From a virus, in UHGV virus genome UHGV-1451962: 64,000 nucleotides of DNA. One strand, 5' to 3'. Position numbers and translations under genes: made by a program. The notes under the pieces were generated by a model. The model saw nothing but the letters and a program-made list of their open reading frames with translations. It was not told where the DNA came from and made no database searches. Positions 11,301 through 18,779 of this stretch are shown here, in pieces (within the stretch, counting starts at the first letter, position 1; every line of letters begins with the position of its first letter).

Positions 11301-13932
11301 AGTAGTAAGAAAATATAATGCTTTAGGTTCTAAGACCGCGCAGGAATCTTTTAAAGATACTCTTGATGCTGCAAAGAAAACACTTGATTTAAGAAAAGAA
11401 ATTCTAGAGCAGTATGAAAATGATCAAAAGCAAAGAGTTGAACTTTTAGAAAATATTGCTGAAGAGGCTAGAAAGAAATTTAATGAAAAATTAAGTAGTA
11501 TTAATGCTGTTATAGAAGTTAAATTAAAGATTAAAGATTTTAAAGATACTAATAGAGAAATAGGTAAAAATGTTGTTGAAGCTTTTGGCGATGCTGTTAA
11601 TTGGGGCAAAAAACCTGGACAAATTGATTTCTTTGGTATGCAAGATAACTTAGCTAAAGCTAAAGACTTAGAAGAACATATGAATCAAATATTTAATCTT
11701 ATGTCTGAGTCTGAAGATAGTGCTGATTTTGAAAGTGTTATAGATTCTTTAGAAGATTTACATGGTAATATTGCTGATACTGTTTCTGATTTAAAAGATT
11801 GGTTAGAAAATCTTAGAGAGTATTTAACTGATGTTATTGATGCAGCAGCTGACAGATTTGCACAATTTACTGATCAATTAGACCATAATGGTACTGTATT
11901 AGATTCAGTAAAAGAATTATTAGATTTACAAGGAATAACTTATAAAACTGGTAAGAATTTTGAACTTTTACAGAAAACTATTCAAGGAAGATTGGAAACA
12001 GCTACTTCTACTGCCAAATTACAAAAGCAATGGATGGAAAAAGCTGCGGAACAATTAGCGGAAGCAGAAAAAGCTTTGGCAGGAGTTACTGAAGAAGATG
12101 CAGCTTATGATACTCTTAAAAATAATCGTGATGCTTTATTAAAACAATTTAATGAATCTCAAGAAGCTATGTTAGATGCAGCTAAAGAAGCTATGGAAAC
12201 GGCAAGAGAGTATTATACTAATGCTATTGAGAAAGCTGCTTATGATTTTGAGCAAGCTATTAGTGGCGGAATGGGTTTAGAATTATTGCAGCAAAAATAT
12301 GATAATTTAATTAGTAAAGAAGAAAGATATTTAGATAAAGTTAATGAAACATATGAAGTAAGTAAATGGAATAGACAACTTCAAAAAGCAATAGATGAAG
12401 AAACTAATGAAGCTTCTAAGAATAGATTAAAAACATTACAAAAAGAAATTGAAGTAAGACGTGAAGGTAATAAATTATCTAAATATGATTTGGATATTTT
12501 AGAAGCAAAATATCAAATGACTCTTGCTCAAAATGCTTTGGATGAAGCTCAAAATGCTAAAAATTCAGTGCGGTTAGTCCGCAATGAATCCGGCAACTGG
12601 GATTATCAATTTACAGCTGATCAGTCTAAAATTGATGAAGCTACACAAAAGTATGAAGATGCGGCAAATAACTATTACAATATAGCAAAAGACCAAGTTA
12701 AAAATATGATGGATGAAATTCTGCGATTAAAACAAGATACTTTAGACCAAATTAAAGATGTTTATGAAGATGAAAGTTTAACTGAGGAAGAACGTGGAGA
12801 AAAGATTGCAGAAATTCGTAGAAATGCAAATGATAAAATCCTTTATATTCAGCAAGAATATCAAGTATCTTTAGAAGATATGACAGATGCAGGTGGAGAG
12901 ATAATTACAGAATATGGAAATACTTATAATGATGTAATGAAAATTATGGAAATGGGTACTTCTGACTTTACTGCATATTTTGAAACTGCTCTTGATGAAA
13001 TGGAAAATGCTGCTGATAATTACAATAGCACTATGGAAGAAGTCACTGGGACTACTGGTTCAAATGTAGATGCTTTAAAACAAATTATTGATGATACTAC
13101 CAAATCTACTCAAGATTTAACTACTGCGGGTACTCAAGCCGCAGATGCTGTTTGGAAGAAAATTGAAGAAGTTCGCCAAGCTTCAGAGCAATGGTCTAAT
13201 TATGCAGCGTGTGTACGTCAAGCATTAGATACTTTGTATGAAATGTCTAACTTTGTAACTACTAGAACAGTTGCCGCTTCTGTTGGTGATATGAAAGGGT
13301 ATAATTCTAATATTGACTATTCTTCTGTTATGAATGATTATTTAAGCCAAGGTGGACAAGTTGGAGATGAAATATTTAAGAGTTTAGAATATCAAAGATA
13401 TTTGAAAATTCTTGGAGAAAATTTTGAACAAGGTAAACAGTATATTTATTCTAATGAAGATTATTATAATAAGCAAAATGATCCAGAGTTTCAGAAATGG
13501 CTAAAAGATAATGGCGGAACTGGCAAATATGAGGATTTTGTTAAGAGTCATACAATAGGTTACGCAACAGGAGGCTATACTGGTTCTTTTGATAATGAAG
13601 ATGGTAAATTAGCATTTTTACATGAGAAAGAATTAGTTTTAAATCAAGAGGATACTGAAAATATTCTTTCTGCGGTTTCCGCGGTTAGAACATTAGGGCC
13701 TAATTTGTTTAAACAAATAGAAAGAATTTTGGATAATAATATAATGGCAGGGCAAAATTTATTAAATGCTCGTATGGCTAGTTCTACTACTGTTTCTAGT
13801 GATGGGCAAATAGTTGAACAGATAGTGCATATTCAAGCTGATTTCCCTGGTGTATCCAGTGCAGCAGAAATCGAAGCAGCTCTTAATAATATTGTTAATG
13901 ATGCGGCTCAATATGCTAGTATTAGAAAATAA
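5317..13932 (+). CDS. tail tape measure protein (giant, 2871 aa)
   Basis: Very long ORF with strong RBS; long coiled-coil-like Ala/Gln/Lys/Glu-rich stretches, internal hydrophobic membrane-like segments, and a Gly-Lys low-complexity repeat; lies between the chaperone-like ORF and the large tail or baseplate genes. Confidence 0.55.
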   Translation: MAKRLNYEVGFTGDTSQLKASLNDAVKALQKLGTSSTTQMTQGMREASKSALELANNLKTATNQETGKLDLVTFNRNLANSKMTISDYAKQLSQLGPTGQQAFMKVAQAVTSAELPMRRTNKVLDELWTTMKNTARWQLTSSALHGFMGALNTCVGYSKALDKSLNSIRIVTEQSAEQMADFAVQANSAAKNLSTTTTDYTDAALIYYQQGLNDKEVLDRTDITIKMANAANESAQVVSDQLTAVWNNFYDGSQSLEHYADAMVALGAATASSSDEIAGGLEKFASIADMIGLSFDYAASALATITATTRQSEDVVGTALKTIFARIQGLNLGETLEDGTDLNKYSEALSKVGVSIKDSNGDLRNMDAILDDIGAKWGTLTKDQQVALAQTVAGVRQYNQLVSLMDNWDFFEDNLKIAQNSEGELNKQADIYAESWEAARKRVKAAAEDIYDSILNPESIVAIDDVLTPFLSGIAQVVNALGGLKGIALVVGSVLTSVYSGKLVNGLQNFATNIQIMTGLQGKLTRSLQEQTVTEAENLDIIIGGNRALETEISLMREKVQLQGMINKYTKNYDQSQMLQVNQRVGVIDALRQQIMASAQKQTALLGEAEEFKTTILLDIEPKPGWEERFRQKILQFNTNMVNGPLKNLNSVFLFDEKDDITRTTEKVTASMQKLASQASSIEAVRRAYSNLNIDQKESAVVLQELIQKTGLWKAEMQNWSTPKLQEFLNNLGTQSIEASKGMQLLKQALMELSYSPEAIDQFINSIRRLAAEEHSAAEYTRLINEEIKKFTNSLQTGSIQSESGWAKTVVSMSNHLMNFGMTLSAVSNMGKVFKESMEGNITAGEAFIQIMTNLGMILMSGSSLFMALSKSMGALVSVYTGVNTSVAALTFVTKLNTAAEEGNIAAKIANVAITKLLTVSEGSLAAAMGITIGVLALFAAGIVFAVKIIDGLIVTQKEASQAIADATQNYTDQKSKLDELNSSLEQTRQKIEELESKDSLSLVEQDELANLKQQEASLERQADLRERIVKAKQAEMAYAIADNFDKKYDKTYKVEPKGRTGADTSNFKTQEDLDKWYNSLNSDQQAKALDQYQNWTQQIAEATAQMTSEVGEDLAELEQDYANYLGAVDSGAIVADPSKIADMQDKLAELRKLIYPTDNQYYEMVIRPVLDDESFDEVRDKIFRALSSGDIKGAGLALTDEMRSAIEAAGISVDDLFNQIAERMSQARETIKSEMGGTEEQLNKLTAEDWDIILTLDLENIGSFRELMKAIENAKNTDLKVKVDTSELDAAKDKIESLNTNEEPLEKALMSYKEQGYLTMDQTYELIKANEEYAQYIKKVGDEYVLTTQSLTDFTEMEKAEKLALDQAIEAMQNKGKVDRDYAQQYVDLYSSLIESSKNWSDQERADSGENFDKNTEALRRQAQAFQEGKISASEYFDAINQRVSETGDNFAKLSDGIDGLKESDYAKTMISSTTALADGFKDLISEVEAGGTNMQEYYAGAVKGTKALMNITAKSNKYITKTADGYKVVTDNIDDATKATQDYKDAQKKVQNLNTWEKQVDQAEGFKKAIDDITSYYDYLKNYLNDNNWLELPDNFDTTTTKFKNMCDTMAADIWSLKDTNAEAFSAIMAHMETENAGFDSSLITSQSQLASAMQGNATIASSAINGLAAQSQISIGTLCQIGGQLLQSLASAISSFSYTIQATGVVDNPGGIGLGGGLVDKIGALLTTGGKIPFEWDMPSAHIDLTGSGSGGSPMFSTTGSARAQKVNGSGKSNYIRSKDTGAASKGESSGLLENISKFGTALEEYGKQSVLSQGLKAFAPSGGGTGGRTLNPSGISTDNNRPSGGGGGKGKGGKGKGGGGKGKGGKGKGGGGGSGSDDSPEIEDEEIFDDRYHDINNRLEEQSQLLDKIDTAKDRAFGVKKLEKYKEKIEAINKEQELYKEKLKKTEEYLKEDLTDLQKNFSGVKLNIDSDSKALLNYEDLEKWAIEEYNKVVRKYNALGSKTAQESFKDTLDAAKKTLDLRKEILEQYENDQKQRVELLENIAEEARKKFNEKLSSINAVIEVKLKIKDFKDTNREIGKNVVEAFGDAVNWGKKPGQIDFFGMQDNLAKAKDLEEHMNQIFNLMSESEDSADFESVIDSLEDLHGNIADTVSDLKDWLENLREYLTDVIDAAADRFAQFTDQLDHNGTVLDSVKELLDLQGITYKTGKNFELLQKTIQGRLETATSTAKLQKQWMEKAAEQLAEAEKALAGVTEEDAAYDTLKNNRDALLKQFNESQEAMLDAAKEAMETAREYYTNAIEKAAYDFEQAISGGMGLELLQQKYDNLISKEERYLDKVNETYEVSKWNRQLQKAIDEETNEASKNRLKTLQKEIEVRREGNKLSKYDLDILEAKYQMTLAQNALDEAQNAKNSVRLVRNESGNWDYQFTADQSKIDEATQKYEDAANNYYNIAKDQVKNMMDEILRLKQDTLDQIKDVYEDESLTEEERGEKIAEIRRNANDKILYIQQEYQVSLEDMTDAGGEIITEYGNTYNDVMKIMEMGTSDFTAYFETALDEMENAADNYNSTMEEVTGTTGSNVDALKQIIDDTTKSTQDLTTAGTQAADAVWKKIEEVRQASEQWSNYAACVRQALDTLYEMSNFVTTRTVAASVGDMKGYNSNIDYSSVMNDYLSQGGQVGDEIFKSLEYQRYLKILGENFEQGKQYIYSNEDYYNKQNDPEFQKWLKDNGGTGKYEDFVKSHTIGYATGGYTGSFDNEDGKLAFLHEKELVLNQEDTENILSAVSAVRTLGPNLFKQIERILDNNIMAGQNLLNARMASSTTVSSDGQIVEQIVHIQADFPGVSSAAEIEAALNNIVNDAAQYASIRK
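10858..10950 (+). repeat. Gly-Lys low-complexity coding repeat inside the tape-measure gene
   Basis: Encodes GGGGGKGKGGKGKGGGGKGKGGKGKGGGGGSGS; DNA shows near-tandem copies of aaaggaaaaggcggaggtggt. Confidence 0.7.
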
Positions 13933-13935
13933 TTT

Positions 13936-13968
13936 AAAGGGGAGAATTTTTCTCCCCTTTATTTTTTT
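13936..13968 (+). terminator. rho-independent terminator
   Basis: Stem aaaggggagaa / ttctccccttt followed by atttttttg, immediately after the tape-measure stop codon. Confidence 0.6.
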
Positions 13969-13986
13969 GAGAGAAAGGAGTTTATA

Positions 13987-16900
13987 ATGAATAATATATC
14001 AGAGCAAATTCTTCAAGCAGCTGATATTTTAGCGCAAAAAAGATTATCCGAATTAAAATATGATATAACAGTTCAAGGCACTGTTGAGTCTTTAGTTAAT
14101 TTAAATACTGGTGAATATAAAGTTAAATATAATGGTAATATATTTTCTGCTTTTAGTAATGATTTAAAAACTACTTATAGAATTGGAGATAATATTTATA
14201 TAAAAATTCCAGAAGGAGATTTTTCTAATAAAAAATTAATTGAAAATAAAGTTACTGATAAGTCTTTAACTGAAAATAATTTAAATGAGCTAGAAAATTC
14301 TGTTTCTCCTGTTGGGCCTACTTTTGATGTTTTTTATAATTATGACAAAATAAAAGAATATGGGGTAGTTGCAGGAGCACCCAAAGATGATAAATTGTCT
14401 ATTACAGAGATTTTCAACAGAGAAACTGTAAGTAATTTTTCCGATATTCCTTTTTTACAATATGCTAATAAATATGAATATATTAAAATTCAGGCCGATT
14501 TTTTAACACTCTTTAGTGATATTCATTCTGAGGGAAATTATGGCTTAGAATTGGCATTTTCATCTAATGGAGAAGATGTTTTTTATAGACTTGATGTTTC
14601 AAATTTTAATGGTAGTCCTTATTCTTTTAATACTTATAGCACGCAATCAGTTACTGTAAAAATACAAACAAAATTTTTAACTGGTTTAAAAAGTATTAAG
14701 TTATTTGAAGAAGGATTTCAATACGATAAATATTTATCTAATGGTGAATATATTTATTTAGATAAAGCAACAGGCAAAGAATTAATACATGATAATGAAA
14801 CCAATGAATATTATTATTTAAATGATAATAATGAAAAAATAATTGTAAATCAAGAGAATAGAATAGAAAAAATAAATGATAAATCACCGAATATTTTTGT
14901 TAAAAATATTCAAGTACAGTATGTAGAAGTAAAAAATTTAATAGACAATCTATATTATTTAAGAATTAAAACACCTAATGGTCAAATGTTTACAGACCAA
15001 ATAGATGAAATTACTTTACAAGGACAATTAATTTACAATGGCAATTCAGTTTTAACAGAAAAGAATAGTACCTGTTATTGGTATGAAAGAGATTATTCTG
15101 TGATGATAGGTGATGAGGCCTATGATAAAAATGTTGGTTTTGGATGGCGACCAATTTCCGCAAATTTTGATACTCTTGTTTTAAAAGATGAAGATGTGGT
15201 ATATAAAAAAGTATTAAAATTAATGGTAGTTTATTCTGATAATGTTGTAATGTCTGAAGAGATAGTTATTAGTAATTATAATACTGATTATAATTGTTGG
15301 CTAGAGCAATTAACTGTTGGAGATACTATTGATTTACATATTAAAAATAATAGAGATGAAGATGAATTAGTCGGTGATTGGTATTTATCTTTACCTGATG
15401 GAAGTTATCAAGAGGTACCTAATGGTAAACAAAAATCTGAAATAGAAGTTAAGCAATATCTTTTATATTCTGCTGTAACTTTTTATTGTAGTATTTATGA
15501 TAAAGATAGAAAAAATATTATTGCCACTGAAGAATATACAATCACTAATACTGAATCACAAGAAGATTTAAGTATAAAGTATATTGGAGAAGATTCTTTT
15601 AGATATGATTCTAATGGTGATATTACTATTGAGGATTCTGAAAAAGAACGTACTATTGAATGTCAATTTGCCTGGAAAGATGGAGTCGGCACTTCTTATG
15701 ATATGACATGGTATAGTCCAGATGGGAGTTTATTAACAACAGGTGAAAGAGTTAATCCTGTTGATTCAATGATAGAAAATCTCTGGGTTGACAAATATAA
15801 TATTTTGCATTATACTATTAAACAGAAGTATAAAATAAATTTTAACAATAATACTATTCAAATTAAAGTTACTACTTTAGACCAAAAGGAATATATTTTT
15901 AATAAAGAAATTCTTTTTGTTAAAGATGGTGATCAAGGTACTAATGGTACTACTTATATCGCAGCTATTCGTCCTTGTGATGATAATGGTATTAAATTAA
16001 GTGGTTTACAGCCTTTGGTTTTTAATCCTTTAACCAAAGAGCTTTTAGATGAACAAGAAAGGATTAGAAATGATAATACTCTTTCTAATGAAGAAAAAAT
16101 AAAACAAATTTTAGAAGTTAGAAAAAGAGGATGGAATACTTTAAAGTTAAGAGTGTATGTTTATAAAGATGGAGAATTAATCAATAATTTAAATGGTAAT
16201 AAATATACTATTAAATATGAATGGTCTGGGACAAATATAAAATTACCTGAAGCAGAAACTGATGATGAATATATTAGCATTTCCGGCAATAGTGATCCAG
16301 TTATAAACTTTTATTCTACTTCTGATAAATATGAATTTTATATAAAAATTAAAATAACTGTTAGAGAAAAAGCAGGAGATTCTACTGTTTATCTTTATTC
16401 TATTTATCCTATTGATGTTGCAGTTAATGGTTTTGAATATAATAGAGTTGACATAAATGAAATTCCTTCTTATATTAAATATAATTCTTCTGGTTTAAAT
16501 CCTTCTTTTTATAGTAATGCTTTAAAATATACTTTTGATGAAATAGATCAAACTAAATTAGTAGAATCATTAAATAAAGATATTTTAGTAATTGAAGATA
16601 AACAACAAAAGGAATCTGAAATTATAGATAGATATTTAGTACCTTCTTCTAATTTTATTTTTGAAAGAGATTCAGATAAAAATAATAGTAGTATTGGTAT
16701 TTTAAAATGCCCCGACCCGCAATATAATACTAGATATTTATTACACTCTATTGTTATGTATCTTGATACATATGGCAATGAAGCTATTAATGGCTGGGAT
16801 GGAACACAGTTAGATATAGATAACAAAGGCCAATATGTTTTTGCCCCGCAGGTTGGTGCAGGTACTAAAAATGAACAAAATCAATTTACCGGCGTTGTTA

Positions 16901-18306
16901 TGGGTAAAGATAGCGGGCAGAAAAAAATTGGTTTATATGGTTATCAAAATGGTATTACTACTTTTGGTTTAATGCAAGATGGTTCTGCATTTTTTGGTGC
17001 TTCTACTAGCGGAAGAATTAATATTGATGGAACAAAAGCAAATATTTATGGCGGTTTAACAGAAAATGGCGCAAATAGTATGAAATTAACTTTATCTGAT
17101 ATGCGGATGACTGGTAGTACAAAAGCTATTAATATTAATGATTCAAAAGGTGAATCTGCTTTTTATGTAACTTATAATGGTTATATGTATGCTAATAATG
17201 TTAAAATAAAAGGTAATGTTGAAGCAACCACTTTAACAGCAACTAAAAGCGGCAAGATAGCTGATTTTACTATTGATTCAACTGGATTAAGAGGAGGTTC
17301 AATTACTTGTAGAAATTTAGTTGCTAACACTGATGGAGAAATTGCTGGTTGGAAAATTACTGGGCAAAGTTTAAAAAGTCCTAACGCTTCAGTAAATCAG
17401 CCTTCTGAGGCGGGAGGAGTGCCAACTTGGACAGGCACTACTTTAAATAGTAGTGGACAAATTTATACTCAGAAATTATATGCAAGTGGTGGAGATATTG
17501 GTGGCTGGCAGATTAATTCTACTAATTTATACGGAAGTGCTGAAGGAAAATTTCAAAGTATTACTTATGATGATGAAGGTAATATGAGTGTATCTGAAAT
17601 AACAGGTATTAAATTTACTGAATTACAAAAAGGCGGCCAGATTAAAACCAATACAGTACAAATTTTTAGTGATCCACAAGCTGAAGGACAAATAGGGAAT
17701 TATATTGGATATATGGGTCTTGTCTACGGAAGCACTACCAGTAAAGATACTACATATAACATAGGTATATATAGTCTTACTGGTGCTCGTCTTGAAGCTA
17801 AAGGAGATATAGCAATAGCCGCAGGAAAAGGTAGTATTTGGATGCATGGTAATATAATGGCGAGAAAAGGTTTTTATTGTGGAAATAGTTCTAATATTGA
17901 TAATTTAGATAAAAAATTTCTTGTTGAAAATAGAATTATTAGACTGGGTGCAGAGACAGATGCTGACCAATTGTATATTAGAAGTTCTTGGTTAGTTTTA
18001 AAAGATGATGGAATGTCTATTAAAAAGCCTACAACAATTACAAAAGATGTAACAATTTCTGCTAATCAAAAATTAAGTTTGTCTGGAAATGGTTATATTT
18101 CAACTCCAACTATACAGACTGATAAAATTCAACCAGTGGGTAAAGAGACTGGTACAATAACAGTGAGTGGAACTATGAGCGGTAGTTTTAAGGGTAGTCT
18201 TTCTACATCAAGTGGTTATTATTATAATAGTAGTGGAGCTTACACAAAACTTTTAGCAGGTAGTATAATAGATGATAGTATTAAAGTTTTTGCTAAATTT
18301 TCGTGA
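13987..18306 (+). CDS. large tail or baseplate structural protein (1439 aa)
   Basis: Long ORF with RBS (aaaggag) directly downstream of the tape-measure gene; Gly/Thr/Ser-rich beta-like C-terminal region typical of tail tip or fibre proteins. Confidence 0.45.
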   Translation: MNNISEQILQAADILAQKRLSELKYDITVQGTVESLVNLNTGEYKVKYNGNIFSAFSNDLKTTYRIGDNIYIKIPEGDFSNKKLIENKVTDKSLTENNLNELENSVSPVGPTFDVFYNYDKIKEYGVVAGAPKDDKLSITEIFNRETVSNFSDIPFLQYANKYEYIKIQADFLTLFSDIHSEGNYGLELAFSSNGEDVFYRLDVSNFNGSPYSFNTYSTQSVTVKIQTKFLTGLKSIKLFEEGFQYDKYLSNGEYIYLDKATGKELIHDNETNEYYYLNDNNEKIIVNQENRIEKINDKSPNIFVKNIQVQYVEVKNLIDNLYYLRIKTPNGQMFTDQIDEITLQGQLIYNGNSVLTEKNSTCYWYERDYSVMIGDEAYDKNVGFGWRPISANFDTLVLKDEDVVYKKVLKLMVVYSDNVVMSEEIVISNYNTDYNCWLEQLTVGDTIDLHIKNNRDEDELVGDWYLSLPDGSYQEVPNGKQKSEIEVKQYLLYSAVTFYCSIYDKDRKNIIATEEYTITNTESQEDLSIKYIGEDSFRYDSNGDITIEDSEKERTIECQFAWKDGVGTSYDMTWYSPDGSLLTTGERVNPVDSMIENLWVDKYNILHYTIKQKYKINFNNNTIQIKVTTLDQKEYIFNKEILFVKDGDQGTNGTTYIAAIRPCDDNGIKLSGLQPLVFNPLTKELLDEQERIRNDNTLSNEEKIKQILEVRKRGWNTLKLRVYVYKDGELINNLNGNKYTIKYEWSGTNIKLPEAETDDEYISISGNSDPVINFYSTSDKYEFYIKIKITVREKAGDSTVYLYSIYPIDVAVNGFEYNRVDINEIPSYIKYNSSGLNPSFYSNALKYTFDEIDQTKLVESLNKDILVIEDKQQKESEIIDRYLVPSSNFIFERDSDKNNSSIGILKCPDPQYNTRYLLHSIVMYLDTYGNEAINGWDGTQLDIDNKGQYVFAPQVGAGTKNEQNQFTGVVMGKDSGQKKIGLYGYQNGITTFGLMQDGSAFFGASTSGRINIDGTKANIYGGLTENGANSMKLTLSDMRMTGSTKAININDSKGESAFYVTYNGYMYANNVKIKGNVEATTLTATKSGKIADFTIDSTGLRGGSITCRNLVANTDGEIAGWKITGQSLKSPNASVNQPSEAGGVPTWTGTTLNSSGQIYTQKLYASGGDIGGWQINSTNLYGSAEGKFQSITYDDEGNMSVSEITGIKFTELQKGGQIKTNTVQIFSDPQAEGQIGNYIGYMGLVYGSTTSKDTTYNIGIYSLTGARLEAKGDIAIAAGKGSIWMHGNIMARKGFYCGNSSNIDNLDKKFLVENRIIRLGAETDADQLYIRSSWLVLKDDGMSIKKPTTITKDVTISANQKLSLSGNGYISTPTIQTDKIQPVGKETGTITVSGTMSGSFKGSLSTSSGYYYNSSGAYTKLLAGSIIDDSIKVFAKFS

Positions 18307-18324
18307 GAAAAAGGAGATAATAAA

Positions 18325-18684
18325 ATGACATTATTAAATGATGAAATTTATGGTTTATATGAAGCATTATATGAATTAAAAGAAAAAAATGAAATTTCTT
18401 TACCAGTTACTTTAGCTTATCAATTAGTTAGAAATATGCAAAAGTTAGAACCTTTGTATATGGCTATTGAAGAAGCTAGAAGAAATTTATTTAAAGTTTA
18501 TGTAGATGAAAATGATATTATACCAACTAATAAAATGAATGAAGTAAATCAAAAGCTTAGAGAATTAGGAATGATAAAAGAAGAGCTTGATTTATATATG
18601 GTTAGATTAAAGGATATATCATATATTAATTTACCTATTGATATTGTAAGAAAATTAATGCCAATTATTAAAGAGGACGATTAA
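18325..18684 (+). CDS. hypothetical protein
   Basis: 119-aa ORF with RBS (aaaaggag); stop codon sits inside a terminator hairpin. Confidence 0.4.
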   Translation: MTLLNDEIYGLYEALYELKEKNEISLPVTLAYQLVRNMQKLEPLYMAIEEARRNLFKVYVDENDIIPTNKMNEVNQKLRELGMIKEELDLYMVRLKDISYINLPIDIVRKLMPIIKEDD

Positions 18685-18704
18685 TCGTCCTCTTTTTCTT
18701 TTTA
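18671..18704 (+). terminator. rho-independent terminator
   Basis: Perfect palindrome aagaggacgatt/aatcgtcctctt followed by tttctttttatt. Confidence 0.6.
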
Positions 18705-18779
18705 TTGGACAAGGATAGTTCATATTTTAAATTAAAAAATTAAAATAAATAGATAAATGAGATAAAGGAGTGTGATTTT

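Noticed and set aside
7663-11609. Minus-strand ORFs (7663-7866, 11424-11609) and the plus-strand alternative-frame ORF 10781-11026 inside the tape-measure gene
   Set aside because: Each is embedded in the 2871-aa reading frame with no RBS; 10781-11026 is the Gly-Lys repeat read in another frame. Typical spurious ORFs in a long AT-rich gene.
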